Assembly: GCA_964035545.1 (NCBI GenBank)
Contig: OZ037772.1
Span: 12,336,818 to 12,400,817, forward strand
Direction: 5' to 3'
DNA from: Bugula neritina
Taxonomy: Eukaryota > Animalia > Bryozoa
DNA length: 64,000 nucleotides
Shown here in pieces: positions 35,414 through 50,264 of this stretch. Position numbers and translations under genes: made by a program. The first letter of the stretch is position 1, and each line of letters opens with the position of its first letter. The notes under the pieces are model-generated. The model was given only the letters and a program-made list of their open reading frames with translations, had not been told where the DNA came from and did no database searches.

Positions 35414-38400
35414 GCTCTCAGTCTATCTTTTCTCAGACTATATGTGTTCCTGAGATACAAGAAACTGCTAATTATATAGATGTGGTCCTTCAAGTTGTGT
35501 CATTGTGCAAGCACTGGACGTCCAATAATTAGCTTGTTGACAAATTAGCCATGAGAACAAGCTAATGATTGGTTAATTTACACAATGCCAATGTTAGTGC
35601 TATGGCAGTCACTATTAGATGATAACATAACACTTCTATTTATAGTCAGTATTGATACCCTTAGCTAGCTGCTATAGCATGCTGGATACAGTATTGTGTT
35701 GGTTGGTGTTAGTGTGGAGTTTGACCTCTTATGATGCAGCACCACCAGAACCTTGTCTGATCTGAGGGCTTGGTATTGGGAGAGGAAGGGGGGCCACCCT
35801 CAGAATTACAACTTCACTGAATAAGAGCTGAGGCTTGCTGAGATTGACATAGTATAGTTGTAGTGATGACACACAGCAACATGTGACCTACTTCACTAAA
35901 GCAGGTCACATGACTTCAACTCACGATTCCAGTAGAAAACATCAACACGTGACACTTAATTTCATTTTCAATGTAATCACTGAACATACTTTAGTACAGT
36001 AACAGGCACTTGATTACCACCAGTGTAAGTAAAATATTTGCACCAAGTTGCTATTTGCTATACAGTTGCAATGATTATAGCTATAAGAATGCTGCAAGGA
36101 ATCAAACCAACTTACCCAATGTTATTATTATTAGTCAAGTGTAGAGCACTTCATGAATGGCACAGAGTGTAAGCAACAATGATATTTTCTTCTGCATCAA
36201 CCCAACACAAACAATTACAATTATCACAATCTTTCACAATGTTTATTACCAACAGCCTAGTCTGAATGAGTGCTTTGTGAAGGATCAATTCGACCTTATG
36301 TAATTGCGTGTTGATTTCAACAATGAATGACTCGGCTTTATAACGCATTCAGTTTCTAAAGCCTGAATGGGTAATTTAAATATTGTATTACAATCACATC
36401 ACGTGACTCACTAGATTTCCAAACTGCTGTTTCACTATATGACTCAGTTACAATAGACAGCATGTGATAGAAAGCATGTGACAATGACACAGCTGCTATA
36501 CTAATTGTTTACTGATTATGTGCTTGTTTCAGCCATAAGATGGACAATGAGGGGTTAGTGTAGAGATGGAGTAATGTCTAATAGCAATGTGGAGGTGAAC
36601 TTTAGTTTGATTATCATGTAGACATCAGATGTTTGATGTCAACTTTAGTGCTCAATGGGAATAGAGGCCGTGCTAGTTATATTAGTCAACTGATACTTTT
36701 TACAATCTAGATTTTCAGTCATTAAAAATAAAAAAAATAAAACTCTCCCCAGAAAAGCCAACACAAATATTTTACATTGTTCAAGATGTCTAGGATGTGC
36801 CACAGTAATTATGGTTTGGCTTATAGGAGTTATGTCTCTTGATTTACAAAGGAAAGTTGACTTTAAACTGCAAATGGGCGCTGATTATAAAATAGAAAAC
36901 TCTGTAGAACAAACTTATTTAGATACTTAACCAATTTTTTCTCAAAAATAAAATGCTTCAAGTATTGTACTCTCCAAGTAAAGCTTCAGCAAGTTCTAGA
37001 ATTATGAAACCAGCACACCTCTAGTTAAGCTACAAAGTATATGATATGTAGGCCTATTTACTAGTCTTATAGAACTGTAATTGGTATTAATTCTATTACA
37101 TCATTTTGTAGCATTCACTTTTCAATACAACAACAATTATTAATTAAGATATCAAAAAACTTGAAAGCCAAAAATGACCTTTGTTGAATTTTCAACTAAA
37201 ACTGCTACCAGAGTAAAACATCAGTAAACCAAAGAACATTTCCACACACTCTTTCACCCACACGGTTACATTACAAACATGTGTTAGTCTAAATTTTTTT
37301 GATTTCTTGTAGATATCATTGGAGGTGTGAACATAAGCTAGAGGTCCTTGCACCTATTCAATAAATCACATAAAATAGACTGAGATCTTTAAACACAGGC
37401 TGGGCAGCAGGTCTAAGACCCCGTAAGAGTATAGAACAAGAGTTTGGACCAAGTCTGATTGATGACTTTGTAACTGCAGCAACACATGCAGAAGATGGTG
37501 AAAATTTGCTATGAGCTTGCTAAAGCATGTCTCAGGCTACTTCGATAGTGCAATGCTCAGAGTTTGTTCAGTCACTGTATATAATAATTATGTAGAATAC
37601 GTATATTATGGATATATTATGTGTATATGTGTATATATGCTCTATAATATATGTGTATGTCTGTTGATAAAAGGGAAACTTAAAAGTTGACCACACCATT
37701 CAACTATAGCAGCTCATGTGTGAAACAACTTTAGCTCATTGTGCCTATCGCTGCATTGTGTATTCTAACTTTTGCTCTCAGTAAATGAAAATATTGATCA
37801 TTTCAGTACAAATTTAAAAGCTTATTTGTTTTTCTATTTCAATAATTCATACAGTCAGTTCAACCACCCCAGTGCACTAGGAACAGCCTTTCAAAGGGAC
37901 GGGGGAATGTGATCATAACACTAGTCTGTAGGAAATTATTCATCTTTTGTTTTATCCCGGTTACTTGGTTACCAGTTATGAAATATTTCATATTCAATAT
38001 GAAATATGATATAAACAGCAGTATAGAACATTACTACGTCAAATTTCCAGTTATATAATAATATTAGAGTGAATATTAATAACTAGATGATATAACATTT
38101 GTAACCTTATGCTATGTATATATTAACTTGTAACAATACACCCAGCATTTTCACTTTTATCACCATTTTCAGTTATAATTGAATTATTAAAAGGAAATTT
38201 TTCACATTATTTAATAAGAGAACACGATTCTGTAATTGATCTGTCAGCTGGAGATACAAACTGCATGTAGTTCTTATAGCAGTGCCCGTAAAGTGAGACA
38301 GAATTTAGATTATAGGCAGTTACATGCAATCTATTATAATTTTTGCTTGTAGTAGTTTATTATATAGTTTGTCGTAATACTGGCTGATAATATTACAATC

Positions 38401-38949
38401 AACTATATGAATTTTAAGTAACAAAATTACACGATGAATTATTATTACTTAAAATAATTTAATAGGAAAGAGGGAGCAGCGTGCAGTGGAGTAGGTAGAG
38501 CCTGTGTCACATCATAAAAGTCTCTAGTCTACTTTTAAAATACCCTTTCTATATGGGAGGGGGAGGGGGGTCCCCATAGGGATAGCCACTATAAACTTTA
38601 GTTAGTTTTGATTTTACAACAAGATCCACTAATAAAGTCAGTAGGCAGATCAAAGTATAGTAAATAATATACTAGACTTACCTGTAAGTATGTATATCAC
38701 AGTATAGTAAATAATATGTTAGACTTACCTGTAAGTATGTAAGAGAAAGCTGCAGATTACGGCTGCCTGACTGTATTGACTCTGTTCCAAGTAGTAAATG
38801 TTGAAGGCAAGTCTTTGGTAACGCTATCTTGATACTAGCCTCAGCTCTAGTGTAAGATAAGGTGGGTACATACATGTAGACACCCGCAAACTGAGCAAGA
38901 TCAATATGTTTCTCCAGGATCTATAGATAAGCTGAGCTAGGTAATAAAA

Positions 38950-39295
38950 TACTATTAGTATGGAGGGAGGTGGTATACCTGGTGGAACAGCATAGAGTGA
39001 ACTATTAGTATGGAGGGAGGTGGTATACCTTGTGGAACAGCATAGAGTGAACTATTAGTATGGGAGGGAGGTGGTATACCTGGTAGAACAGCATAGAGTG
39101 AACTATTAGTATGGAGGGAGGTGGTACCTCATGGAACAGCATAGAGTGAACTATTAGTATGGGAGGGAGGTGGTATACCTGGTAGAACAGCATAGAGTGA
39201 ACTATTAGTATGGAGGGAGGTGATATACCTGGTGGAACAGCATAGAGTGAACTATTAGTATGGGAGGGAGGTGGTATACCTGGTGGAACAGCATA
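38950..39295. repeat. ~50-bp minisatellite
   Basis: 7 copies of actattagtatggagggaggtggtatacctggtggaacagcatagagtga. Confidence 0.93.
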
Positions 39296-39544
39296 TATTG
39301 GCTATACTTACAAGGGAGGGGAAAAGGAGGGGTTTGGAGGGAATGTTCCAACATACAGCTACAAGCTTGTTAGCTATCTGATGCTTATATACATGTCTAT
39401 ATTTTATAGTACTGAGTATCTCCAAGCCATCTAAAAGCTGCAGACCATACAGCTATAGTCTTATAAACCACACAATAGCATTCATATTATAAAGTGAAAA
39501 CCAGCAATTGAATAAAAACTCACACAAGTTTATAGTAGCTATCC

Positions 39545-39730
39545 CTGTGAGAAACCCCTGATAGAAGGAGTTTTGTTAAATAGGGCTAAGGACTTATATT
39601 AGATGAGGCACAGGAATAATTATGACTGGATGCTCTTTCTAATATTACCAATGGCCTTTGTCAGGGCTCAACCCATGACCTCTTGTTTACTAGGCAAACA
39701 CTCTAACCCCTAGACCCATGGCTGCTCCCT
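39545..39730 (-). mobile_element. tRNA-derived SINE
   Basis: Minus strand reads gggagcagccatgggtctaggggttagagtg..gaggtcatgggttgagccctg (A-box and B-box-like); second copy at 575-745. Confidence 0.6.
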
Positions 39731-40497
39731 AAAACCAGTTGAACAGATTATGAGAAAATGTACTTTGTAAAAGCTTAAAGTTGGCTTTTCTATCCCCAAA
39801 TAGTTTTAGAGTGAGTTATGTGACCTTATATTATTCTTCTTGCATGTTTCAGAACAGACATAATTTCTGCAGATAATTACAGTTTGCAAGCTGCTATAGA
39901 TATAAACCCTTTAAAACAAAAACTTATTTCTTTTATTGGAAATCCTTTGCCCAAGGTTACTTGAGAAATTTCAAGCATTTATTACAAGGCTTCCTATAGA
40001 AAGATTTTTTCAAACACTGCAACCAATTTAGATATACAATGCACTAATGCAAGCTGATTTATATTATACACTTCAAACTCTTTAAATTTAATTATATTGT
40101 CTGCATAATCTAGCAACTTGTCAGAGGTAGATAAAGCTAAAGTGTTTGGCTATGATGATAAGCCACTTAGCACTGTTTGTTTAAAGGTGAAGCAGAGCTG
40201 GCATAGAGTAACGACACCCAATCAGCAAATATGATGCATCCAACCCACACATTTTGTAGCAATAAAATGTTGCTAAAGTTGATAAGAGACTTGCAATAAA
40301 ACTGGTGCTCTTTGTAAGGAAAGAGTTCACATCATTTCCTGTCCATTTCTGAGCATGCTCATTAGTTCTGATTTCCATATGGTAGACGCTATTGGTAACC
40401 AATCAGTGATGTTCTGGTATATGTGTTGCTGATGGAAATATAACATAACTGGTATAGCCATGAGTTTGTTCATATTGAGATATTAGTTGCAGCAACA

Positions 40498-40809
40498 CAA
40501 GTAATACATGTAGTGCGTATAGTATCTTAGTGCAAGTAATGCATGTAGTGCGTACAGTATCTCAGTGCAAGTAATGCATGTAGTGTGTACAGTATCTCAG
40601 TGCAAGTAATGCATGTAGTGTGTACAGTATCTCAGTGCAAGTAATGCATGTAGTGTGTACAGTATCTGAGTGCAAGTAATGCATGTAGTGTGTACAGTAT
40701 CTGAGTGCAAGTAATGCATGTAGTGCGTACAGTATCTTAGTGCAAGTAATGCATGTGGTGCGTACAGTATCTTAGTGCAAGTAATGCATGTAGTGCGTAC
40801 AGTATCTTA
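40498..40809. repeat. 35-bp minisatellite
   Basis: 9 copies of gcaagtaatgcatgtagtgtgtacagtatctcagt. Confidence 0.95.
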
Positions 40810-42063
40810 CTTCAACACAAATATTCCATGAAACTGGTATTTCAGGGACCAAGTAAACACTGTCTGGGAGTCAGTGGTTCTCTAAGGTAGCACCATACAG
40901 CAGCACCTGAGGTGTCTATCCCAGGTGTTACAGTAGCACCTAAGGTATTTCCCAAGTGTTACAACACCTGAGGTGTCTATCCCCACTCTGAGAAAGAGAT
41001 AAAACATATCCTCATCATATTGTTTGTGGAAACAATACGCGCAGTGTTTGAAACTATGAGTAGCTGTGGAAAGCTTACCTGTTTTATCTTATATTATATT
41101 CTGTACAGATGTTATCATATATCTTATATTATATTCTATACAGATGTTATCATATATACTATATTAGCAGCGTTATCAGTACATGAGTCAGAAAGACACA
41201 CCCATAATTGTATTCTCAGACTAGCATGTGCACAATCATCAGACTATAAAATATCTCTTACATGAGTCCTAGAATAGCATTGAATAGTTTATTAAAAAAG
41301 GATTTTTGAAAATAGTTCTTTTTTATTTTATTGCTTAAAAATTAAATTATTTTAACTTTTGCCAATGGAAGATATGAACAGGATTATGCAGAATAAAGAG
41401 AATTTGAGCAGATGAATATATAAACACGTATCAAGATGACAAGGCTTAGCAAATACAATATATCAATAATTTGCATATAAAATCAACTAAAAACCACCAA
41501 ACAACTGCAGCAGTATTTGCTACAAACAAGATGGTAACATAAAATGCACCAAATCAGGATAACAAAAACATGCAATCACTGAAATGAATTCTGATATTGA
41601 TAGAAAAAATGTTGACTAACAAATTGAAGTGGGAAGCCATCTTTGTTGCAGCTAGTAGCCGTTGCGTAAAACAAAATGGCTGACCTTTTACTCTCGCCAA
41701 TAGACGTTTCGCTGTTGAATCAGACAAGGGTGAGTATTCAGCTTACACTGGAGTAACAAAACTAGTATAAATACTGAGAGACTTAAAAACAGTCGAAGAT
41801 ACAAATTAGATAAAAATGGAAGGGCAACTCCATATTAATAAATCTAAATAAATAATACCTAATTATAATGACTTCGTTTATAACAGACTATTTTGCATAT
41901 GATGACTGTAGAGGTATAGAGGAGATATATGACACAATATGTACAGAAAGCTGTCCAGGGTTCGGATTTGTCTGTCCACGAGGAGACGCACAACACTTGA
42001 AATACACAGGATGTTTATGTTACACGACTAGCACCAGGTTTGACCTTGAAGTGACCTTGGTCT

Positions 42064-45000
42064 CTACGGCTTCCTCGACTTTATTGCAGCTCGAATAACT
42101 TCCTCTATAGAAGTGGAGGGGGGATAATTCTAAAAGAAGACATTTTCACACTGTATATACTACATGTTCATACTGTATATACTACATGTTCACACTGTAT
42201 ACACTACATGTTCACACTGTATATACTACATGTTCACACTGTACACACTACATGTTCACACTGTATATACTACATGTTCACACTGTATATACTACATGTT
42301 CACACTGTATATACTACATGTTCACACTGTATATACTACATGTTCACACTGTATATACTACATGTTCATACTGTATATACTACATGTTCATACTGTATAT
42401 ACTACATGTTCACACTGTATACACTACATGTTCACACTGTATATACTACATGTTCACACTGTACACACTACATGTTCACACTGTATATACTATATGTTCA
42501 CACTGTATACACTACAGTAAACAGTTGACTCAACGTACCTGCAACAACTTCATGTTAGACGCAAAGTCATTCTTCAGGACGTTTCTCCTCACCAACCTAA
42601 AGTATATTCAAGTCTTATGAATAGCTGGAGTAAAGTACAACTAGTAGTTCTAAAACTTCATAAATAAACGCTAAGTGCGGGTCTAAATTGCAAGAAAGCC
42701 CAACCCGCGAGTGACCTGCCACACACAATGCGTGTGTTGCGAGTGCGGAAATTTATTAGCTAATGATCTTGGCACTTAACGTAACTGATCGCCTATAAAC
42801 GTTTGTTTTTAAATCTACGTCAGCAGCAAATTGATTTTAGATATTGCAAATGCAAACTATATGAAATTGTTTTAATTCAGTTCGCTAAAAGCTAAAACAT
42901 GAATTAATAAAAGTGTGCTCGATAAATGATAATGAGCCAATTAGATCAAACACGCACGAGCTTGCCGCACTTCTCGCTCAGCATGATAGACGCATGAAAT
43001 TCCGCACACAACGTCCCATTTTTGGGCTAAACGGGTTTCCCATGCGTCACGCGCGAGTAAATCGCATTGTGTGGCCCTACACTAAGACATGCTACGTGTT
43101 AACCTAGTTACAGACTGACCTAGTTACATTTGAGATATGAGTAGAAGTTGACCTACATATGGGTAAACTTTGACCTATATAAGTCAACTCACCGTATCAT
43201 AGCACAGCAGACGTCTACTAGGAAGCCGAACCTTTGAGAGTCACTAAACAAAGAGTCCCATAGCCTGAGGACATCTACAATCATAGACTGAGATTCACCA
43301 GAGACAGCACCAGGGAAAGAGAACATTGCGGGGAATTATATATGCAATGGGTGGGGAACTTCTTTTACATGAGGGCTAAGTTCAGAAATCAACAAAAACG
43401 AATATCAAACCCATAATAAATGTTATTATAATAAAGTAATTTATCACCAATCCTATACTGTGCTAATCAGAATACATATAACAGTTTTTACTCGTCTTAA
43501 GCATTAAAAGGGCCACTGAAAATTGGGCAAAGAGCCACAGGTGGCCCTGAGGCCCGCAGTTGCCCATCCTTGATATATACTAAGCAATAGATAAGTGTCC
43601 AACACCTGATTGTACCTCTACAAACTAGCTCACATGACCCACAGAGTAATAGTTATATACAACATGACTTCCAGTACTAACTAAGAGTAAAGACATATTA
43701 ACCTAGTCTACTGTATTTCTGAGTAGATTAGTATAGAGTAGAGTAGTATAGTATAAAACAGAGTAGAGTAGTATAGAGTAGTATAGTATAGAACAGAGTA
43801 GAGTAGTATAAAGTAGAGTAGTATAAAGTAGAGTAGTATATAGTATAGAGTAGAGTAGTATAGAGGAGAGTAGTATAAAGTAGAGTAGTATATAGTATAG
43901 AGTAGCATATAGTAGAGTAGAGTAGTATAGAGTAGAGAGTATAGAGTAGTACAGAGTAGTATAGAGTAGTACAGAGTAGTAGAGAGTAGAGTAGAATAGA
44001 GTAGAGTAGTATATAGTATAGAGTAGCATATAGTAGAGTAGAGTAGTATAGAGTAGAGTAGTATAGAGGAGAGTAGTATAAAGTAGAGTAGTATATAGTA
44101 TAGAGTAGCATATAGTAGAGTAGAGTAGTATAGAGTAGAGAGTATAGAGTAGTACAGAGTAGTATAGAGTAGTACAGAGTAGTAGAGAGTAGAGTAGAAT
44201 AGAGTAGAGTAGTATATAGTATAGAGTAGCATATAGTAGAGTAGAGTAGTATAGAGTAGAGTAGTATAGAGTAGAGTAGTATAGAGTAGAGTAGTATATA
44301 GTATAGAGTAGCATATAGTAGAGTAGAGTAGTATAGAGTAGAGAGTATAGAGTAGTACAGAGTAGTATAGAGTAGTACAGAGTAGTAGAGAGTAGAGTAG
44401 AATAGACACACCTGGCAGCTCAAACTCCTGAGACAGCAGCAAGGTGATCCAGCGGAAGGCAAAGAACTCTGGTTTGATGTGCTGACTCAGCAGATGCTGG
44501 TGGACAGTGGGATCCGAGTCCCGCAGTGAAGACATCAGGATATGCATGTTGCCCCCTGGTGGGAGATTACAGAACACTATTGGTACTATTGGTACTGTTG
44601 GTACTATTGTTACTGTTGGTACTAGTACTGTTGGTATTGGTGTGGAAGTTTATTACTAGAATGTTCTCAAAACAGCAGCTAACCAATGAGAATTACCCAC
44701 CTATATCCTCAACTACCCTCACCTATACCCTCAACTACCCACCTATACCCTCAACTACCCACCTATACCCTCATCTACCTACCTATGCCACAGATACTGT
44801 CATCTAGAGACTTGATGAAGTTGTCCCTCACTTCGGCCATTAAACTGGTGAAGCAGTAGAAGCTGTCTGCCTCAGCGTGCTGCGCCCACTCCAGGTTAGG
44901 ATCTGAGGCCATAGTGAAGTAGAGCGGACCGAGTAGCTCATTCATCCCCTGTCAATAGCAGACAACTCCTAGACAAGGTTAGATATATTACTCACAGAGA

Positions 45001-46224
45001 GCATAACTCCAAAGTATGCCGTCTGAATATATGTTGACAAACAGGGGTAGAGTGAGTGGATATACAGGAGTGGAGTGAGTAGACAGACAGGGGTGGAGTG
45101 AGTAGACAGACAGGGGTGGAGTGAGTAGACAGACAGGGGTGGAGTGAGTAGATAGACAGGGGTAGAGTGAGTATACAGGCCGGGGGTGGAGTGAGTATAC
45201 AGACAGGGGTGGAGTGGAGTGAGTAGACAGACGGGGTGAAGTAGGGACTCACCTGCACATACTGGATGCCCGGGTTGAGTTTAGCATATATAAAGAGCAT
45301 TCTCTCCACAACCTCCCAGTGTGCCTCCTCACTCTCCCCCAAAGTGTGAAAGGGTCTGGTGTCCCCCGTCTTGTGTCTCGTCGTGTCCATCTGGAATTCA
45401 GGTACTCAGACTATTAGCATATCACAATGTTACTCAGCCTTCAGAGTCGCCTTACCTTGTACATGCTTTCTCTGAGAGTAAATACAACCATCTGATTAGC
45501 ATGGAACTTGACTATTTGCTATGAACAAGGGGCATGCAACAGCCACCCGTCATTTAGCCCAAAACCTACTTTAGTGACTCCCAGTCTACTCCTTGAGACT
45601 GTGTGGGACTCCAGATAGCAGTTCTCTACTCTTTTCCTAAGAGCACCGATCCCGTTCTCCGTGTTGGTGAGGCGTTCGCACGGGAAACGTGTGGCTTTTT
45701 GAAAGAATTCAAGTTCCGGGTATAGACGTCTATGGAATATAGTAGATTATAGAGTATATAGTATAGTATAGCGTATATAGTAGATTATAGAGTATATAGT
45801 AGATTATAGAGTATATAATAGATTATAGAGTATATAGTAGATTATAGAGTATATAGTAGATTATAGAGTATATAGTAGATTATAGAGTATATAGTAGATT
45901 ATAGAGTATATAGTAGATTATAGAGTATATAGTATAGTATAGAGTATATAGTAGATTATAGAGTATATAGTAGATTATAGAGTATAAAGTAGAGAGTATA
46001 GAGCATACAGATGCCTATGATAGGAAAATATTACATATATAGATGATGAAGGATGAAAGAATACAAAGTACATGCAGGTGCAAGTACAAGTTCAAAGTTC
46101 AACATGTGAATACCAGAGATAGTAATCAGTGTGTTGAGATGATTAGAGGAATGTTCTATGATTGTATGAAGCAGAGTATGTTGTATAATAGATGAGATAA
46201 CAAGAGTATCATTGTGATACATGT

Positions 46225-46258
<34 letters not shown>

Positions 46259-46264
46259 CAGTAA

Positions 46265-46338
<74 letters not shown>

Positions 46339-48135
46339 CCACTACTAGTAGCAGTCACTGACCTGCAGTCCTTGTCAATCTGCAGCAGCTTCTCGTTGTC
46401 TTTAAAGTAAACACACCACTCACTGTCAGGGTTGGGATTCAGAGGCTAAAACATGGAAATAAATAAATTTATTCACACAGCCTGAGATCTGTAGAGCAAA
46501 CAGTGAATGAGGAGAAGAGGAGTTGAGGGACTCACATGATCTGAGACTGTTTCCTCGCTCTTCACCTCACTCCCAGGCTTAATTATCATCTCTTCTATGA
46601 AACTTTGATATGCTGCTCTCTGTTTGTCGAGTGTGTCTTGCCATTCAGATCTTTTAACTGGAAGGTAGTATAACAGCAGTTTCCATGCCAACGACCTTAT
46701 ACCCTTTACTTCTGGGCAACCTGTGTAAACACGACACGCTACTATTAGAGCAGATAACTCCACAAGCACAATAGAAAATCATAAACACGGTCAAGTATAC
46801 ATTATTTGTTTTCAACAAAAACCACAAGCTGAAATTTATTCCTTTTAAGCCTTCAGTAAATCAAATTTTAGTTATTAACCAAAATAGGGAATCAGTTGAA
46901 TCAACATGCAAATACAATTTAAGTATATGAAATCTCAAATCTTGAAAAGCAACTGTGAAAAGACCCTGCTGGGAGATATTTTGAGCTAAACAGAGATAAA
47001 AACTAACACACTATTCAGTTCGTGATATGACAATGCTAGCTATCTGAGTCGGCCCAGATTGCCAGATACTGACCATTTAGTACATTGAGCCAGTAACATG
47101 TTTGAGAAATTTAAAAGCTTTCCTGAGAAAATTAATGATAGGTCAACAGAGAGTAAGTTCTTGACTACTTAAAATAGTAAAACCCCCAGAATTATACTGA
47201 AATATAGGAAAGAAGAAAACTCCACCCATTACTATAATTACTATATGCATAAAGCTACCCATTACTATAGTGACTACATGCACACACCAAATGCATACAG
47301 CAGTGAGGATAATGACATATTAATAAGCTGTGTTGACTACCAACCTGAGTGGAAACATCGTTTAGAAAGTTCTTTCAAATCAATCTTTTCCTGACTGAGC
47401 AGCTGTTCAAACTCATGAACTCTAAAGAAGATAGTCAGCATATCTCAATGAAAGAATATCACCAGCAATGGAGTTGAATGTATCATTATAAATAAAATAC
47501 AAAAACTTGAATAGAAACTAGGAAGACAAGTGATTTAGATGATCAAAATGAAAGTGAAACTTATAATTATTCAAATTCTTAATCATCATTACTGTTACAA
47601 TATTTTTATAATTGTCAATAAGAACAAAAACAATATTTATTAAATTATTGATGATCATAATGAAAGTCAGATTACAATGATAATAACTCAATGAGTAAAA
47701 GGTGGACTCAAGGTAAAGAACTTAGGTGTAATTCCAATATGAATGCATATCAAAATTGATGTGAATAATCATATTGATAATCACACTTTGCATTACAATT
47801 ACTAATAATGATTATATTTATAATAATAATTATATTTACTGTATTACTAATAGTAATTAGTATTACAATATGAATAATTAGGATGTTAAACAATAGGAAT
47901 ATAATTATTATTAGCATTAATGGGTTATCAATATGAATATTATTTAATTACGATGAAAATCTAAAAATAACACTAACTATTTATATTTATAACAAATGAT
48001 TACGGTATTGAATTTGATAATGACAATCATCATGATCATAGAATTAGAAATCCCCGTGATTATGATAATCGTAAAAGGAATAATCAACTATTATTTATAA
48101 AAAAACAATAAAAACCTGAACATTTGAGAGTCCAT
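42064..48135 (-). CDS. TBC1D13: TBC1 domain family member 13 (Rab GAP), ~392 aa
   Basis: Exons 48135-48116 (tentative), 47421-47345, 46720-46536, 46445-46363, 45729-45570, 45390-45253, 44948-44783, 44555-44412, 43274-43193, 42596-42539, 42129-42064. Motifs DHPLNPNPDSEW, QIDKDCRRLYP (Arg finger), AHWEVVERMLFIYAKLNPGIQYVQGMNEL (Gln finger), FAFRWITLLLSQEF. Confidence 0.92.
42146..42516. repeat. 22-bp minisatellite (cacactgtatatactacatgtt)
   Basis: About 17 copies filling the last TBC1D13 intron. Confidence 0.95.
42673..43083. mobile_element. Possible MITE remnant
   Basis: CpG-rich island in an AT-rich intron, with gccacacacaatgcg (42718) inverted to cgcattgtgtggcc (43063); boundaries unclear. 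Confidence 0.35.
43346..43572. mobile_element. Degenerate hAT-type MITE
   Basis: Termini aatgggtggggaac / gttgcccatccttg; flanks atatatgc / atatatac (7/8 match). Confidence 0.55.
43725..44405. repeat. Compound (AGAGT/AGTAT)n satellite
   Basis: Pentamer-based array with higher-order duplication; the source of the YYSTL ORFs. Confidence 0.95.
45040..45240. repeat. ~23-bp minisatellite (gacaggggtggagtgagtagaca)
   Basis: About 8 copies next to a TBC1D13 splice donor. Confidence 0.88.
45738..45990. repeat. 20-bp minisatellite (atatagtagattatagagt)
   Basis: Tandem copies in a TBC1D13 intron. Confidence 0.92.
46225..46338. repeat. (TAG)n microsatellite
   Basis: Source of the poly-Leu ORF. Confidence 0.96.
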
Positions 48136-50264
48136 GAAAATGAAACTCAAAGTATCGCTTTAACTTTAACTGTTGCACACTATTCTTCAAGTTTATCATA
48201 ACGATAATCATATTTTTATTTGCATGCTACATCATTGGGGTTAAATAAGCCACTGGCTTTCTCCCCTTAGGCTTAGCCCACTCTTTCATGTCAGGAAGAG
48301 TGAGATACAGGTAAATAGTAATACAGCTAAATCACAACCAATGAATCATTATGATTATGATCATAATTATAATAATAATAATTATTATTATTATAAGTAT
48401 CAGTATCAGTATGAAATATCAGTATCACTATCATTATCAGTATCACTATCACTATGGCCATCACTATCTTGATCTTGATCTTGATTATTATAATACTATA
48501 ATAATGAAATATTAATAATCATAATTATAATGGCATTGACTTTGAGTTTGAGTCATACTCTAACTCATAGTCATTGAATTTCAATTTGACAGCAAATGAA
48601 ATCGACAGATATAATTATTATTATAAAAATAATCATGACAGCAAAAAACAGTTTTATTTTAATCCTTATAATAAAAATTTAAAAGTAACTATAATCAACA
48701 AAGTAATATCATAACTTTTAGATTTCTAAAATTATATTATTGTTTATTATTCTAGGAAACATAACTTATGAAGTAAACGCCCCACCTTTTTTTATGGACT
48801 TCCATTTTTTGTATGTTAACAATCTGTTTAGTCCAAAGGCTAATGACTTCATAAAAAATATTCACTTAAGCAATTCTCATAGCTTTTTTACGTGCAATGT
48901 TGCAATTCTTGGTCTTTGTGATCACTTTTTGATTTACTTTCTCTTACCTTTTTTTGAACAAATAAACACAAATAATTTTGTTTTTAATAAAAAAGCTTTT
49001 TAAAAATAACAAAATTGCAATTAAAAACACATTTTTAAAACACAGCCTAATTTGATACCACTTTAGCACTCAGTATATAGCTACTTCCGGTAGAATGAGA
49101 CAAATCTCAACATGTGTTATAGTACAAGCTATATAATACAATTATAATGATAATGCGTATTATGCATAATGATAATTATTATACTCATGTGGATGCTGTT
49201 AGAAAGTAGTGCTAGTACGACTACAAGTAAATAAATAATTGTAATAAAATTAAATAATAATATCTATTACTAATACTATTACAGACACCGTATTAGCATT
49301 ACTCATTACTGTATTACTAATCTCAATCTGTGATACTAGTATCAGCATCATGATTAGTATTGTATGACTATGAGTATGAGTATCAGTATTACTATTACTA
49401 TTAGTATCAGTATCAGTATGAGTATGGCTATCATTATCACTGTAAGCTTAAGGCTAAGCATTAGTTAAAGTTACAAGTATAAGTTGAAGTATCAGTATGA
49501 CTATGTATCAATTTCAATATGAATATCAATATGTTAGTCTCATAGTTTGTCCAACTCAAACAGTAACTGTTTTTAAAGTTAGTCTTTACTCTCTGAAAGT
49601 GAATCTATTTTTTTTCATTATCATAATGATAATTATAGTGCTGAAGTGTTTGTATCAGGTTGAGCGCCCTAATTTAAATTATTTTTATTTTTTAAAAAAC
49701 CGCTTTGATTGCATTGATAATGAATATGATTATCATAATAATAAGAACAATTTTCTATCAATTTTATTCTTTTTTAATTATTATTATACAACTATTCATT
49801 AATGATGGCTTGCTAGTATCTGTCACATGGTTTTTACTTCTAAAAGTAGTGTCAGTTTTTAACTTTGAGGCCCATTAACATATTATCAAAGCTTTGAAAA
49901 GTAATACTTGGGCTAGCTCTCAATGTCAGTTTGTTTTGTACTGGTCTTTGAAGCAGACATCTGTAAGACCCTTTCTTAGCAAACTTTAGTACTCACAAAA
50001 TTTGCTAATTCCAGAAACTAAATCCAAACTATTAGTACCTTTATATGATGGTCAATTTTTTTAGGAAGTTTTTTTCCTTAGGTAGAAATCTTTTTAGAAA
50101 ACAAGATTTAATGTGGAAAAACAGCCAGCAAATTTCCACATTGTTTATTGTAATCCAAATCTTATTAGGTAGACAAATCTGGTGTCTTTATATAATTTAT
50201 TCTGCGCATTCAGACCAAATTTAGATATGCTAAACTGTTCTATTTTCTTTTGCAGATAAATATC
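48136..50264. promoter_or_regulatory. Putative bidirectional promoter / 5' UTR region between TBC1D13 and WDR46
   Basis: Divergent start codons ~2.1 kb apart; ETS-type motif acttccgg at 49083-49090; splice acceptor at 50255 just before the WDR46 ATG. Confidence 0.45.

Noticed and set aside
36000-41800. Short ORFs in the CAP-TBC1D13 intergenic region
   Set aside because: No recognisable motifs or exon chain; may contain 5' UTR exons of the CAP gene (donor-like sites near 38680 and 38728) but this is unsupported.
42164-44462. Tyr/His/Leu-rich ORFs in several frames
   Set aside because: Minisatellite translations within TBC1D13 introns.
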